64,000 nt of DNA from Octopus sinensis (GCF_006345805.1 NC_043004.1:103912001-103976000), one strand, 5' to 3'. Counted from the first letter of the stretch, positions 37,534 to 52,168 are shown. The notes: generated by a model from the letters alone, not told the origin. Made by a program: numbers and translations.

Positions 37534-38187
37534 ATAATGATGATAATGATGATATATGATAGTGATAATGATGATGGCAGTGTCTTCATGTCCAAAGATC
37601 ACAAGGAAGCGTGGTATGCCCTCAAGTGGGTAGAATAACCGATCTTTGACGCTGCAGTGTTATTCTACCTGCCTGCACTTAGCAGTTCTAAAGTGAGAGC
37701 TAGTCCACACAATCCGATCCCACTCTTTAGACTTGGAGGTCTGACTACAGTGCCTCAACAGGTTAAGATGGCTGCGGTGACTAGCAAGCTATAGGTTTTA
37801 CATTGGAGTGGCCTCTTCGTAGATGAATTGCCTTACAGGTATAGAGAATTCCACCTACACTGGTGCTGCCGGTGGGGTGTCAAAGCGGGCATCGGACCTC
37901 CTGAAGGACTGCACTCCTTGAATTGTTACCGAGGTTGACTCTCTTAACATTTTCTTTTTCCGAGGTAATCACAAAGCAATGAGGGTTTGTGCTTGAGCTT
38001 TATTCCGTAACATGCTAGTTAAACCATAGCTGGGACCCTCACGTATGCTATTAAATGTGACCTGGGAACAATAGTGGTTCTACACTCCCCAAACGCTGGA
38101 ATATCCCAACCAGTATCCTACGAACTGGATGTAGTTTAAAGGCATACCCAGGAGACAACTAGATAGATAGATAGACAGATAGAAAGG

Positions 38188-38235
<48 letters not shown>

Positions 38236-38259
38236 CAGATAGACAGATAGACAGATAGA

Positions 38260-38374
<115 letters not shown>

Positions 38375-38877
38375 GATTGATTGATTGATGGATGGATAAT
38401 TTTACAAGGGAGTCACTGTCCAATTTGTTGTATTTTATTGACTCCAACAAGAAGGTTGAAAGTCAAGATTAACTTCAGCGGGAAGTGAGCTTTCAACTTT
38501 AAAAAAAAGATCGAAACAATTACAGCCAGGCATTTAGTACGACACTCTAGCAATTCTGTCAATCTACATTTAAAAATAAGAAATTTAAAGACGGTGCCCC
38601 AGCATGGCCATAGACTAATGACTGAAACAAGTGAAAAAAAAGTTATTGTGGAGAAATTAAGAATTGTGATCCTCATTCTTAACCAAAGATGTTCACTTTC
38701 TTGAAATCAATAAACGTCTCTTCTTAGATTGGTACCAAGACGGAGATGATTCTTAAGAGAGTGTTTGCAGTTCTGGCTTGTCTTCAGCACTGTTACACTG
38801 TAAGTGACGAAGTAGAAGCGACAGAGGATAAACATCAAGTTATCGCCGTCCAACCGTCGTTCATATACTCCACCAGG

Positions 38878-39029
38878 CACAGGCGTGGTTGTGTTTGCTT
38901 CTTAACCATATGATGGTTCCGTATCAGTCCTACTGCTGTGATATTTTGAGCAAGTTCCGTCTTCTATTGTTCTTCTATTGCCTCGGGCCCACCGAAGCCT
39001 TGTGAATGGATTTGGCTGAAAGAAGCCGC

Positions 39030-39082
<53 letters not shown>

Positions 39083-39335
39083 TGTGGTATGCGAGCGCGT
39101 GTGTACGCGTGTGGTGTCTTTCTGTTTGTGTTCTTCCTTCACCGCAGCTTGACAACCGGTGTTGGTTTTTTGCTTATGCGTAACTAAATATTTCAGCCGA
39201 AAGAGACCGATAGAATAAGTACCAGGCTTATAGGAATACTTGCTGTAGTCGACTGGTTCAACTAAAACCATTCAAGACGATGCCACCGTATGGCTGCCGT
39301 CCAATTGCTGAAACAAGTGAAAGGGAAAAGATAAA
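38878..39335 (+). mobile_element. SINE family B, degenerate full length
   Basis: Head ggcgtggttgtgt, body gagaccgatagaataagtaccagg, tail gaaacaagtgaaag. Confidence 0.7.
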
Positions 39336-40376
39336 CCTTTATAGAATGAAAGAACTGATTTTCAACCGACTGTAAAGTCCAGCTGATAGTTCCTGACTCT
39401 TCCCTGTGTTACCCTCGTCATCGTTATTTCAGAAATCGGAAAGTGTCAACGTTATAGCCGCAGTGACTTAACAAGAGTGTGTACTGTCTGGGATAGCCAT
39501 TGATTTTCCCGCTGCGGGCATAACGTTGAAACCGCGGCATTATGATCGTGAGTCGAACACATTTAGCCACTCGGCCACGCGCCTTCCATACATTATAATA
39601 GATGTTAATATATACCCTTATATTAATTGAATATTAATATCCTTAAAAGAATCAACAACAGGGATAATAATCCCAGCAAAAATAAAAATAAATAAAGAAA
39701 AAACAGGGCGAATAATGATAGAGACTTTTTCAATCCAAAAACAATTTCCGCACTGGAATCTCCTAATTCCACCCCCACCAAGTAGGAAGGGATAGCTTGG
39801 GGGAGATTGGGATTAGAAGCCTCGTGCCTCATGGGAAAGGAAAAGAGCGGTTTTGTTGTTGTTGCTTTTTTTCTTTTTTTTTCTTTTTAGCATTTCCGCG
39901 TTTCAAATAGTGGTAATTACATTCCTGAAAAATTTCTTTTCAAAACCTCATTTTTTAAAAGTATTTTTGCTCCCCAAATGCTGGGTGTAATCTTTTTCTT
40001 TCTTATTAGACATGGGTCCCCTAATCCGAAACCCGACAAAATTTTCGCCCAGTCCCCGTAAATAGTTTGATCGGCATATTCGACTATGATCGACTATACT
40101 ACAAAAACTAGTACGTCAGCATTGCCATATTGTTGCGGTCGAAGAATTAAAAGCAATAAAAGAACAATAGTATAAAAGAAATTATCAATAAAGTCTGTGG
40201 ATGGTAGAATGATAGATAGAGTAGTTGATGAAGTAGCAAAACTTTTAAGTTCAAATCCCACTAGTAGAGAGAGATATTTACATTCCATTTTTCCTAGCTC
40301 TTCTTGACAAGAAAAGTCCTTGCAAGGTCAACTCCACCTTTATTGATGCTGGGCAAGCTGAATCTCTGCACCTTTA

Positions 40377-40427
<51 letters not shown>

Positions 40428-40516
40428 ATATATATATATATATGTATGTATATATCCATACATACATACATACATACATACATACATACATACATACATA
40501 CATACACATATATATA

Positions 40517-40690
40517 GTAACCTGTCGCCTACTGCGCACTCAGTACATCGCGGTTCATCTATCGCGGTCTCCTCAGTATATCGCGGGTTTCTGCGGCGGA
40601 TAGGTATTTATTTACTATTTTTTTTTTTAGATTTTAATTATTTCTGTGGGAGGTTTTGGAACGTAACACCCACGATAGTCGAGGGACTAC
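40517..40690. mobile_element. Tigger-type MITE, internally deleted, opposite orientation to 29072-29559
   Basis: Right end cgatagtcgagggactac is the reverse complement of the 29072 end; repeated atcgcgg boxes at the left end. Confidence 0.6.
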
Positions 40691-40738
40691 GGCACACACA
40701 CACACACAATTTTATATAATATATATATTATATATATA

Positions 40739-40780
<42 letters not shown>

Positions 40781-41166
40781 GATAAAAAGGTAACAGGGGG
40801 GATTAAAACGTTCGGAGAGATAGACGACACAAAGGCGGACAAGAGAAATAACAATTAGAAGGACAGGTAAAAAAAGACTGGTCATTCTTGGCTTTCTTTC
40901 ATCAGTCAAGTGCCAGAAGTCACGACCATTTCGGACAGTTACACTTGAGGCGGTTCGATCTGGTTGTCTCCAAAAAATCTAAGCTAAGAGCATTAGACCC
41001 CTTTGTAAGAAAACTAGCGAATATGTATGGCAACAAAAACGAAAAAAAAAAAACCCCGAGAACATGGTACACAGTTACGAATACAACAACAAGAAATAGC
41101 TACAGGCGTCTTTCGATTGAGAAAGGAGAGAGACAGAAGATGGAAAATAAGAAAATTTTTATTAAT

Positions 41167-41211
41167 CACTACAATTGTTTTGACCCATCTAGCTTCGATT
41201 CCTCACAGGTG
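41167..41211 (-). ncRNA. Degenerate minimal hammerhead motif
   Basis: Minus strand: cac-CTG(-)TGA-g..c-aAAA-caattg-TA-gtg. Stem I cac/gtg and palindromic stem III are present; A6 is deleted and G12 is A. Confidence 0.45.
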
Positions 41212-41374
41212 GGTTACTTAACAACTGGTTCAGGAGCATCCGACGATGTAGATGTGTCTCTTCGGGTAATAAATACGCAACAAAAACTGTCAAGGTGAAC
41301 GTTCTTTACCGGTAACCTACCGGGTGTCTACCATAGATTTAATATCTAATTATATTCATATAAATATACATGTA

Positions 41375-41411
<37 letters not shown>

Positions 41412-41464
41412 AACACACACAGACATATATGTATGTGCATATATACATATGTATATGTATATAC

Positions 41465-41691
41465 GGCGAGCTGGCAGAAACGTTAGCACGCCGGGCGAAA
41501 TGCTTAGCGGTATTTCGTCTGTCGTTACGTTCTGAGTTCAAATTCCGCCGAGGTCGACTTTGCATTTCATCCTTTCGGGGTCGATAAATTAAGTACCAGT
41601 TACCCACTGGGGTCGATGTAATCGACTTAATCTGTTTGTCTGTCCTTGTTTGTCCCCTCTGTGTTTAGCCCCTTGTGGATAGTAAAGAAAT
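41465..41691 (+). mobile_element. SINE family A1, full length
   Basis: ggcgagctggcagaaacg...ccccttgtggatagtaaagaaata. Confidence 0.92.
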
Positions 41692-43142
41692 ATATATACA
41701 TATGTGTGTGTGTGTGTGTGTGTGTGTATATAGTGCACTGTTCCGTTATAAGTAATATCATCAAAAAAGTAATCCTTCTAGTAAGAGATAATTATCAGTT
41801 AATATTCACAGGCTTTAAATGCGACCTCCTATTAGTTTCACGTCTCATAAAATACAATGGTTGGACAAGCTTGTACAGCTTGCCAGCTCGGTTTAAACCC
41901 TATCTATATTAAATGATGTATGTGTGTGTATGTGTGAATATTTTCACACGGACCAAAGATTTTCACCTGAAAATATGTGAATAAGGTGGGTTTTTTCTTA
42001 CACTTTATTAAATATAGAAATAATGTGTTTATATTGTTTACTGTTTTCATTTTCCCAATTTATTCCAAAGGTTCCAAACATAAGACGTGATGCTCCAAAA
42101 CACCGATGGCTCCTACGACTTCTCGATTTGTCTGTAACCTCAAGTAGTCCTGTAACACCTGTCACGTACTGGGCTTGATTTAACAGTCTGTATAACTCTC
42201 CCGGAAATTTGTGACATTATGCCGATAGGGTTACTTGCTGTATTTGCTCCAACTCTCTTCTCTCAGAGTTCAAATGCCACCGAAGTCAACTTTGCTTTTC
42301 ATTCTTTCGGTGCCGATAAAAATGTACCAATCCGGGACAAAGGCAGTATGGTAGCTGGAGAGTGTGCCGCCCGGGAAAGCCCTTAAGGTTGTTTCCCCCA
42401 GCTCCGCTACACACACAAATTCCCGGACTCCCTCCAAAAAATTAAAAACACTAATTTCAATACAGGCTTATACAGCAGATACAAACTGCTCCCCACTCCT
42501 CTTAAAAGCTGCGCCCGGAGCTCCCCCTAGCTACACTTTGAGACAGTGGGTTTTGCGGAACTGTAAGAAAATTGAACCAGACGCCTTTGCGTGATATGAT
42601 CCGGCTCTTTGCGTTCTGAGTTCAAATCCCGCCATGGTTTACTTGGATGAGAGACTTCACCCAGTACCCAGTTCAATACTATCTTCTGGCATCTTGAGTG
42701 CATTTAGCGGACCCACTATTTTGTAAGCATACGGGGCCAGGTCTCCATCTTCCCTACCCCTTCCTCCTACCGGCCTTAGGGGCCCTGTAAGCAATCACGG
42801 GTCTTGTCTTCCCTCCGGACTATATATTTGAAATCTTTTATCTTTTACCTATTTTAGTCATTAGACAAGGGCCATACTGGAGTTCGGCCTTGAAAGGTTA
42901 TAGCTGAACAAACCGACTCAACTACATAGTTATGAATCTGATACTTATTCTATCGGGTTCTTCTTGCCGAACTGCTAAGTACTGGGAGATAAAAAAAAAA
43001 CAGCTACGGTTGTCAAGCGGTGTGGAGAGAAACATAAACACAAACACAGACAAAACACGAGCACACAACAAACACATAATCACACATGTGTGAGTATGCG
43101 CGCACACGCACACACACCACACACACACACACGTATATACAA

Positions 43143-43186
<44 letters not shown>

Positions 43187-43390
43187 TTTTCTACTATAGG
43201 CACAAGACCTGAAATTTGGTGGAGGGGGATAGTCGATTACATCGACCCCAGTGCGTAACTGGTACTTATTTCATCGACCCCGAAAGGATGAAAGGCAAAG
43301 TCGACCTCGAAGGAATTTGAACGTAGCGACGGGCGAAATACCTCTAAGCATTTCGTCCACCGTGCTAACGATTCTGCAAGCGCGCCACCT
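43187..43390 (-). mobile_element. SINE family A2
   Basis: Reverse-complement tail, Meta-like domain and head. Confidence 0.8.
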
Positions 43391-43479
43391 TTGGGGATCA
43401 ATAAAATAATCACTAGCTGAGTAGGGTCGACGTAATCGAGTTACCGCTTTCCCCAAAATTGTTGGCCTTGGGCCAAAGA

Positions 43480-43970
43480 AAAGCAAGAGAAAACTCCAGC
43501 TAAGTCACAAGTATTTATTCGCAATCAACTTTTATTTCCTGTCTTACAAATGTTCAATGTGGCCAACAGCTGCAGCATGGGCAACATCAATGCGATAAGA
43601 GAATTCCTCCCAGACGCATATCAGCATATCAAAAGCAAGTTTATTATGGAACTAAATAATAAATTTGCTTTGCTTGAGGCGATTCCAGACAATATTGACA
43701 TAGAAAGGAAATGGAAAAACTTCGATAAAGCATTCGGTCAGACAAAGAAGTACTCAGTGGATCGTGATATGCTAATACGCGTCTGGGAAGAATTCTTTTA
43801 TAGCATTGATGCTGCCCATGCTGCAGGTGGTGGCCACACTGAACACATGTAAGACAAGAAATAAAAGTTGATTGTGAGTAAATACTTGTGACTTAGCTGG
43901 AGTTTTCTATTGCTTTTCCTTATTAAAATATTGCGAAATGAAATCGGTTCATTCTCTTTTAACAAACCTG
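43480..43970. mobile_element. Fold-back element made of two inverted 3' ends of a Tc1/mariner transposon around an RTE-like spacer
   Basis: 43480-43625 is the reverse complement of 43773-43920. The arm encodes RVWEEFFYSIDAAHAAGGGHTEHM* (mariner C-terminus). The right end is gaaatcggttcattc...aaacctg|ta. Confidence 0.7.
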
Positions 43971-44521
43971 TATACACACACACACACACACACACACACA
44001 TACTCATGGTGGTTGTCTACTCCTTATACAGAGTTTGACCTCTCCTCCTGTACTTACACCGTATATCTATCAAGGCGTCTGATATGACTTTTTAAACCGA
44101 TGTTTTGAAAAGACACCCGCATAAATTGCATGACTGCTTTGGACCACTAAGAGGGACAGTTAAGTTCTAATGTTGGTGGAGATTAAAATGTTCTTTGAGG
44201 CCTCCGTTAGATCAAATGCCAAGGCTCAACCGGTGCTTATTTTATTGACCCCCAAAAGGATGAAGGGCAACGTCGATCTCGGTGGCATTTGAACTCAGAA
44301 CGTAAAGACGGACGAAATGCCGCTAAAGATTTTTTCCCGGCATGCTAACGACACTGCCACCTCGCCGCCATATACAATTGGTTTTGAATTTTGGCCCAAG
44401 GCCAGAAATTTGTGGGGAGGGGTTAGTCGGTTACATCGACCCTTGTGTTCATCTGGTACTTATTCTATCAATCCAGAAGGGATGAAAAGACAAGTCGACA
44501 TATACACTTACATAGTTCATA

Positions 44522-45367
44522 CGAAGTCTGATCAATAAGTATCTGGACTGTTGCCGTAGTAACGAAGCTAAGGTACGTAGAGTAAAGCCGCTTGGCACAG
44601 ATTGATTTTGAACGCTGCTGTGCATGCGCACTAATTTTTAACGTTCCAGCTCATTTCCGCTGTTTACAGCAGTGCTTGGAGGGAAGGTGGGTAGCGTCTG
44701 GTCGTTGCATTGGCCATGACAGAGAAAGTTGTCATGGCGATACTCGCTCAGAGGCCTACACAACGTTGAAGAAGTGTATGGAGAGGGGAGTGTATGAGCC
44801 GCACACAAGTGTACGAGTGGTTCATGCGTTTCCAAGATGGCCGAAGAATGTTGATATTGACGAACGTTCTGGGATACCCGCAACTAGCAGAACTGAGAAA
44901 AACAATCGAGGGTAAATCGTCGAATCACCATCCGTAAGTTATCTATCAGAGGATGTGCAGATTAGTTACGGTTTCAGTTTAGTTAATTATCGTTGAAGAT
45001 TTGGGTATGAGACTCGTTTCTGCCAAGTTTATGCGAAAACTGCTTTCAGCTGACCAAAGAGACACTAGGGTTTCAATTGCACAAAATCTCCTAGATTGTG
45101 TTGAGAACGATGAAAACTTTTTGAAAACTTTACGTAGGCCTTTGAGCAGTTATCGCCAGGCTTTTGGCAAAATTTGATGCAGATTCTCAGCTCAACTTTC
45201 TGTCATGGTCAATGTGAGGATCACACGCTACACACCTTCCTTCCAAGAGGGCTGGAACGTTAAAACTTAGTGCGCATGCGCAACAAAATTGAAGGCAAAT
45301 TTGAGCCAAGCGGCTTCACTCTTGCTGCTTTAACTTTGTTACTATGATACTTATTGATCAGACCACG
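44522..45367 (+). mobile_element. Internally deleted mariner element with long inverted ends and TA TSD
   Basis: ta|cgaagtctgatcaataagtatc...gatacttattgatcagaccacg|ta. From 44716, frameshifted MTEK...VYGE...MSRTQVYEWFMRFQDG...DDERSG-like...EDLGMRLVSAKFMRKLLSADQRDTRV (HTH region and WVPKLL-like motif). The catalytic domain is absent. Confidence 0.88.
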
Positions 45368-45901
45368 TACATACATGACAGGCTTTCAGAGTTCCCGTCT
45401 GCTAAATCCATTCACGAGGCTTCGGTCGGCCCGAGGTTATAGCAGAACACAATTGCCTAAAATGCCATGCAGTGAAACTGATCCCGAAATCTTGAGATTA
45501 CAAAGCGAGTTCCTTAACCACACAGCCACAAATCGTCGTAATCAACTGACTTGGGATATTTCGCCCAGCTTCTTCACGTTCTGAGGTGAAATTCGATAAA
45601 CATCTCAAAGGCTCATCCTTTCAGGAAGAAGAAGAAGAAGAAGAAGAAGAAGAAGGAAGAAGAAGAAGAAGGAAGAAGAAGAAGACAGGGCAAGGGTGAG
45701 GTTGGGGAGTGGGGTGTAGGGATGGGGTTCGGCTGCAAAAATGCAAAAAATTAGCCTCATTAATAAATAATGCATTGTAGTTGATTTCAGTTGATCAAAC
45801 TCTCCCTAAATAAATGTGAGTGGCCTTGAAACCAATAAGAACAAACATTTAGGTTTTCGGTTTTGGTAGTACCATTCCTCGCTCTTATTACTGCTGCTGC
45901 T

Positions 45902-45939
<38 letters not shown>

Positions 45940-46005
45940 GATGGTGATGATGGGGATGATTTCGTAATAACTGTACGTCCGACCGGAAGAGATAGAGAAA
46001 GAGAT

Positions 46006-46047
<42 letters not shown>

Positions 46048-46095
46048 GGTGAAGAGCTCCCTTGCTCTCCACGCCCACCCCACTCCCCGCCGGGT

Positions 46096-46215
46096 TCTCT
46101 CCAGCTCCCTTATATTTCATTTCCCGTCGTAATGTCCCAGCAGAATCAGTTTTGTTGCAGGACTGCTGCAATCCCAACTGGCGCGAGTTCTGTGTGCGCA
46201 TGTGCGCTCACGTAT
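46096..46215. promoter_or_regulatory. 120-bp block identical to 27206-27325; putative conserved regulatory element, copy 2
   Basis: See copy 1. Confidence 0.45.
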
Positions 46216-47309
46216 ATATATGTATGTATTATATATGTACATATATGGTATATACATATATATATATATACATATATATATAATATATATATTATATAAT
46301 ATATATATATACTATATTATATATATATATATATGCATGTATATATATATATATATATATATATAACGGGAAGCTTTATGAAAATAAACAAAAGACGAAG
46401 GCAGGTGGAAAACAAACGAACAATTATATATACACACATATATATATATATATATAATGTATGTATGCATATGTCTGTGTGTCTGTTGGGGGGGGGAGCG
46501 TAATGAACATTAAGCGTAGGACCCAATAACCAGCCCGCCAGCCAGGCCTACAAGCCTAACTAACCAGCCAACAAGATGAACCTGCACAACCCGACAAACA
46601 TGCCAGCCCGCCAGCCACCAAAAGTTCTCCACCACCACCACCACCACCACCACCAACACAACCACAGCCGCCACCGCCACCGCCGCCTCCATTACCATTA
46701 CCGTCTCCACCGCCACGTTGTTCGCTCGTTCGTTGCCACGACGACCCTAGTTTATCAGATTATTACAGCCCCTTTTTATCAATGAGTGTCATCAACTTGC
46801 CAAGTAGGCTTTCTAAGGCATTGCAGCTTCGCTTTTTCATTTACAAGAGAGAAAGGGGAGCAGGAGGAGTAGGAGGAGGTAGCAGAAAACGAGTAGGAGT
46901 AAGTGAAGGAGTAGGAGTAGGAGCAAAAGGGGTGTTCAGAAAGAGAGGGTAGGGAGATGTGGTGCTTGTGGCGGGATCGGTCGTGTGCAGGCTGCTGCTG
47001 CTGCTGCTGCTGCTGCTGATGCAGATTGCTGCACCCTTCACTCGTCTTCCCCCGCCAATAAACAACAAAACACAGACAATACTGTATAGACTTTTATTGC
47101 TTATATCCTAAACATGGCGAGGCTGTATTCCGGAATATTTCTTTGTTTACCCACTGATGGAGTGTGTGTGTGTCTGTGTGTGTGTGTGTATGTGCCTCTG
47201 TGTGTGTGTGTGTGTGCGTTTGTTTCCGTGCTTCTCCATGCACTTATGAATTTTTTAAAAACACTTATTACGTAAGTTTATATACGTATATATGCATATA
47301 TATGTGTGT

Positions 47310-47809
<500 letters not shown>

Positions 47810-48039
47810 CTATACCGAAAGAGAGAAAAAGAGAGAGTTATACGTATCTATCTATAAGCACACACACGCGCGCGCGCGCGCGCAAATACCATTATACTGA
47901 ATGTGTGTGAGCGCGCTCTGTTGGCGATGGAAAGATTCACGTTAAACGTGCACACAAACGTACACACGGACGCACACACACACATATTCATACATATACA
48001 AATATATCTTTTGTGGGTGTCTGTGTGTTTTTTGCGTAT

Positions 48040-48076
<37 letters not shown>

Positions 48077-48334
48077 CGAGAGAGAGAAAAATAAAGATGG
48101 AAAGACATTTGTGTTTCCTTTTTGTGTGTGTGTGGTGTGTGTGCGTTCGTGTGTGTGTGTAGGTGTGTGTTTGAGAGTGTGTATGCATAAACGACAAACA
48201 TGAACTTGTTCGCAGGCACATTTTAATTTGTCCAATCGACATTTCACTGTGAGTACTCTGAGCAGTAACACACACACACACACACGCACACACACACACA
48301 CCACACACACACACACACACACACTCACGCGCGC

Positions 48335-48365
<31 letters not shown>

Positions 48366-49016
48366 ACACACACACACACACACACAGCTATGTATATACA
48401 TAAACAATGATATAGTTTCAAGTAGAGAATCTTCAGAACTAGGTGATGGTCTTTCTGCCGAGTCCATTTCCAGACGAGTTCACAGAAGAAGAGTTTGATA
48501 AGAATCTTGACGGCTCACGGCGATCGAACTCATCGAACTCTGCTTTGAACTCTCTCTCTCTCTCTCTCTTCTCTCCCCTCATCTCTTTCATATGTGTAAG
48601 TATGGAAATATGTATGTAATACATACATACACACATACACACGTATATAAACATATATTTGAAGATATGTGTGTATATATATAAAAATATATATATGAAC
48701 TTATAATTTATACAAAAATGTATACATGTGTATATATGTATATGTACAATATATATATGTATTATATATACATATATATACATATATATATACATATATA
48801 TATGCATATAAATGTATATGTATGTATATATATGTATATATATACATATGTATGTAAATATATACATATGTATGTAATAATATATGTATATATATATTAT
48901 GTATATATTAATATGTATAATAATATATATATATATAATAATATGTATATATTATATATATGTATATATATTACATATATATATGCATATATATATATAT
49001 TATATATATATATATA

Positions 49017-49060
<44 letters not shown>

Positions 49061-49149
49061 TTATTTCTATTCCTGAGCGCCATACTAATACAATTGTTTG
49101 TTTGTACTCCACCTGCCTTCGTCTTTGTTTATTTTCGTAAAGCTTCCCG

Positions 49150-49204
<55 letters not shown>

Positions 49205-49563
49205 ACAATTGTGTTGATTAATTTGTGCATTCATATTGGATAAACGAAAGAATTTAAGAATTTATTTCGTTTTGGGATTTGGTTTGCAAGATTCTTTATG
49301 TGAATACGTGTGTTGAAGCATATCTTATTGTGTCTGGGGAGAGTCATTCTCTTTTAGTGCTTTATTATTTAACACACTCACCGGTTTGATTGCCACTCAT
49401 TTAGTTATATTTCTAAAATTTTATAACTCATTTGTTTCTCACATATGGATCTTTTGAAAATATAAGCGAACTTACTATAGGCCTCCAAAGATTGGTTATA
49501 TACCGTTATCAATATCACACACCTCACAAATATGATCTCTCTCTCTCTCTCTCTCTCTATCTC

Positions 49564-49625
<62 letters not shown>

Positions 49626-49755
49626 TCTTATTCTTTTATTCTTTTATTTGTTTCAGTCAAATATAGTTGAAATTCATAGAAAAACAAAAGACGAAGACAG
49701 GTGTAAGAACAACAAGAAAGTGTATTGGTTTGACGCTCGGGAAAGTAAAAAAAGT

Positions 49756-49791
49756 CTTTTACGTTTCGAGCCTACGCTCTTCAACAGAAAG
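49756..49791 (-). ncRNA. Minimal hammerhead motif, same family as 11668-11703
   Basis: Minus strand: cttt-CTGTTGA-agagc gtag gctc-GAAA-cg-TA-aaag; position 6 is U instead of A. Confidence 0.55.
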
Positions 49792-49958
49792 GAATAAGAG
49801 AAAATAAACAGAAAGATAATGAAAAAAATCTTGCGTATTTCGACCCATACGTACATACATACATACATACATACATAACTGTTAAAGAGGACAACAAACG
49901 TTAAGGCAAGGCAAACATCTCAAGTCATATACATTAATATCATTAGAAAAAATTCAAA

Positions 49959-50014
49959 GTCTTACAGTTGTTTCTGGGATATCCCAGAGTATGGGATATT
50001 TCGTCATCAGAGAC
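49959..50014 (-). ncRNA. Minimal hammerhead motif, same family as 7149-7196
   Basis: Minus strand: gtct-CTGATGA-..atatccca tactc tgggatat..-GAAA-caactg-TA-agac. Confidence 0.62.
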
Positions 50015-50074
50015 AAATAGGAAAAATAACGAGGGTATAGATTAATGAATGTATGAATGTATATGAGTGTGTAT

Positions 50075-50300
50075 ATCTTAATATATAAATCCCGTTCTGT
50101 CTGTTTGTTTGTGCTCTTATAACTCGAATGCTGTTCATCCGATCGCGCTAAAATTTTAAACATGGATATATGAGAGAGTGGGGCCTTCCGTAATCTAAAG
50201 ATATTTTCAAATTTGTGAGTTTCAAATTGAGAATCGCTATTTTTGTAATCTGTTTGTCCTGTTTGTTCCGCCATTAAAAGAAACAAGTTTGCTCAGACAG
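50075..50300 (+). mobile_element. Probable non-autonomous Helitron-like fragment
   Basis: atcttaatatataaat followed by (gtct/gttt)n and ...ccgatcgcgctaaaattt, which resembles common Helitron 5' ends. No 3' hairpin or CTAG identified. Confidence 0.35.
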
Positions 50301-50986
50301 CCGGCTTATACCATTTTGCTAGCAACAAAGGGAGTGCAGGGTAACAGTCAGCCAAAACAGTCGCTATGCTGTCTCTTTTCTTTCCTCTCTCTATCTCTCT
50401 TATGATGTCCAATTCCACTTGAAGTTGTATATATTTTGTATATATTCGTTATCAATCAATTATCCTTATTGAGAAGAAACAGTCGAAAGTAACCATCATA
50501 TACAATCATCAAACATCTCCACTACTTAACACTGTCCAAGTTAACCCTCTTCACCTTTACAGCTGACATAAAAAACCTCGAGGAAAATGCAACCATTTTA
50601 ATTAAGCAAAAAAGAGAAAAAAAATTGATTGTTATTAAAACGCGTAAAATGTTGGGGTTAATAATCTTAATCTTTAGCTACAGTTTCTCATTTAAACTAC
50701 ATAATAGGCAGAATTGTCGGATTAAGACAGTAGGGTGTTTTGAGGGAGATTTGGCTGCTATTTCTACCAGGTCTAGCCACCATATAGAAGTCTCCCTCAT
50801 TGGCTTATACATACATATATACATAAAATCGAAATAAAATACTTAAAGCAACAGGCGTCAAATACAAAAGCCGGGGTCCATGTAGTGCCTAATGCGAGCC
50901 CAGAGCAATCTCATCTCTTACACTATTTCAGTTTTACGTCTCTATTGTAATGTGAGATAATACTTTCAGTTTGAAAGAAGTCTGTC

Positions 50987-51082
<96 letters not shown>

Positions 51083-51544
51083 ACACACACATATATATAC
51101 ATATATTCCTTACGCATTCCAAAACCGAGTTACAGATTTTGACGTATGGGGTATCAAAAGATCCAGTACTATTTCGGCTACAAACTAAACTTAATTTCCA
51201 TTCACATATTTGCATTTCAAAAATGTAACATTCTAATCTTTTCCATAAATCAACTTTCGTAAACATTTTATACGATGACGTCTCATTTTCTATATGTGTG
51301 TGTACCTTAAAAGACATCAATCATAACGACACACACCCTTCACTCACTCACTCTTTCTCTTTTTCACACTCTCTTTCTCTCTCTCTCTCTCTTTCACACA
51401 CACACACATACGCACGCACGCACACACACACACATGTCCATTTCATATAGATGTACATACACCTTTCACTTTCTTTCTCTGCCCTTTTCGCTTTCTCCTC
51501 TTTCAATTTCTGATATAAGTTCTTTCTATACTCTTTCTCTCTGT

Positions 51545-51812
51545 TACTCTTTTACTTGTTTCAGTCATTTGACTGTGGCCATGCTGGAGCACCGCCTTTA
51601 ATCGAGCAAATCAACCCCAGGACTTATTCTTTGTAAGCCTAGTACTTATTCTATAGGTGACTTTTGCTGAACCGCTAAGTTACGGGGACATAAACACACC
51701 TGAATCGGCTGTCAAGCAATGCTAAGGGGACAAACACAGACATACACGTACGCATATACATATATATATACGACGGGCTTCTTTCAGTTTCCGTCTACCA
51801 AATCCACTCACA
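51545..51812 (-). mobile_element. SINE family B, 5'-truncated
   Basis: Tail, 3' half and internal (TA)n; stops at aaatccactcacaa. Confidence 0.88.
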
Positions 51813-52134
51813 ATAAAGTTTTATTACGACCTGATCTCTTTGCATGCTTTGAATATCAGCCAAATCTCGAGCAAAACAAAGTCGAGACTGACTCTATGTG
51901 AAATCGAACCCGCGAACCCGAGACAACACAAAACTAAATGCTTTATAATCTTTTGCCAAACAGTCTGCAACACTCTACGAACCTTAAAATGAAGAAGAGT
52001 AAAATCCAGATATCCAAATAATCTAGCGATCCTCTGCTGGAATTAAAAGAGTTTGATTGGAATCAAATAAGTTCAAATTTTAGTATGGTACTAGTACAGA
52101 GCTACGTTTGAATATGTAGACAGACCCACATTGG

Positions 52135-52168
<34 letters not shown>

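Noticed and set aside
37580-38130. Old retroelement fragment(s)
   Set aside because: It resembles repeats I vaguely recall, but no second copy or translatable motif is present in the window to support a call.
47866-47884. (CG)n run as a Z-DNA or CpG-island signal
   Set aside because: It is a short extension of a (CA)n microsatellite with no wider CpG island.
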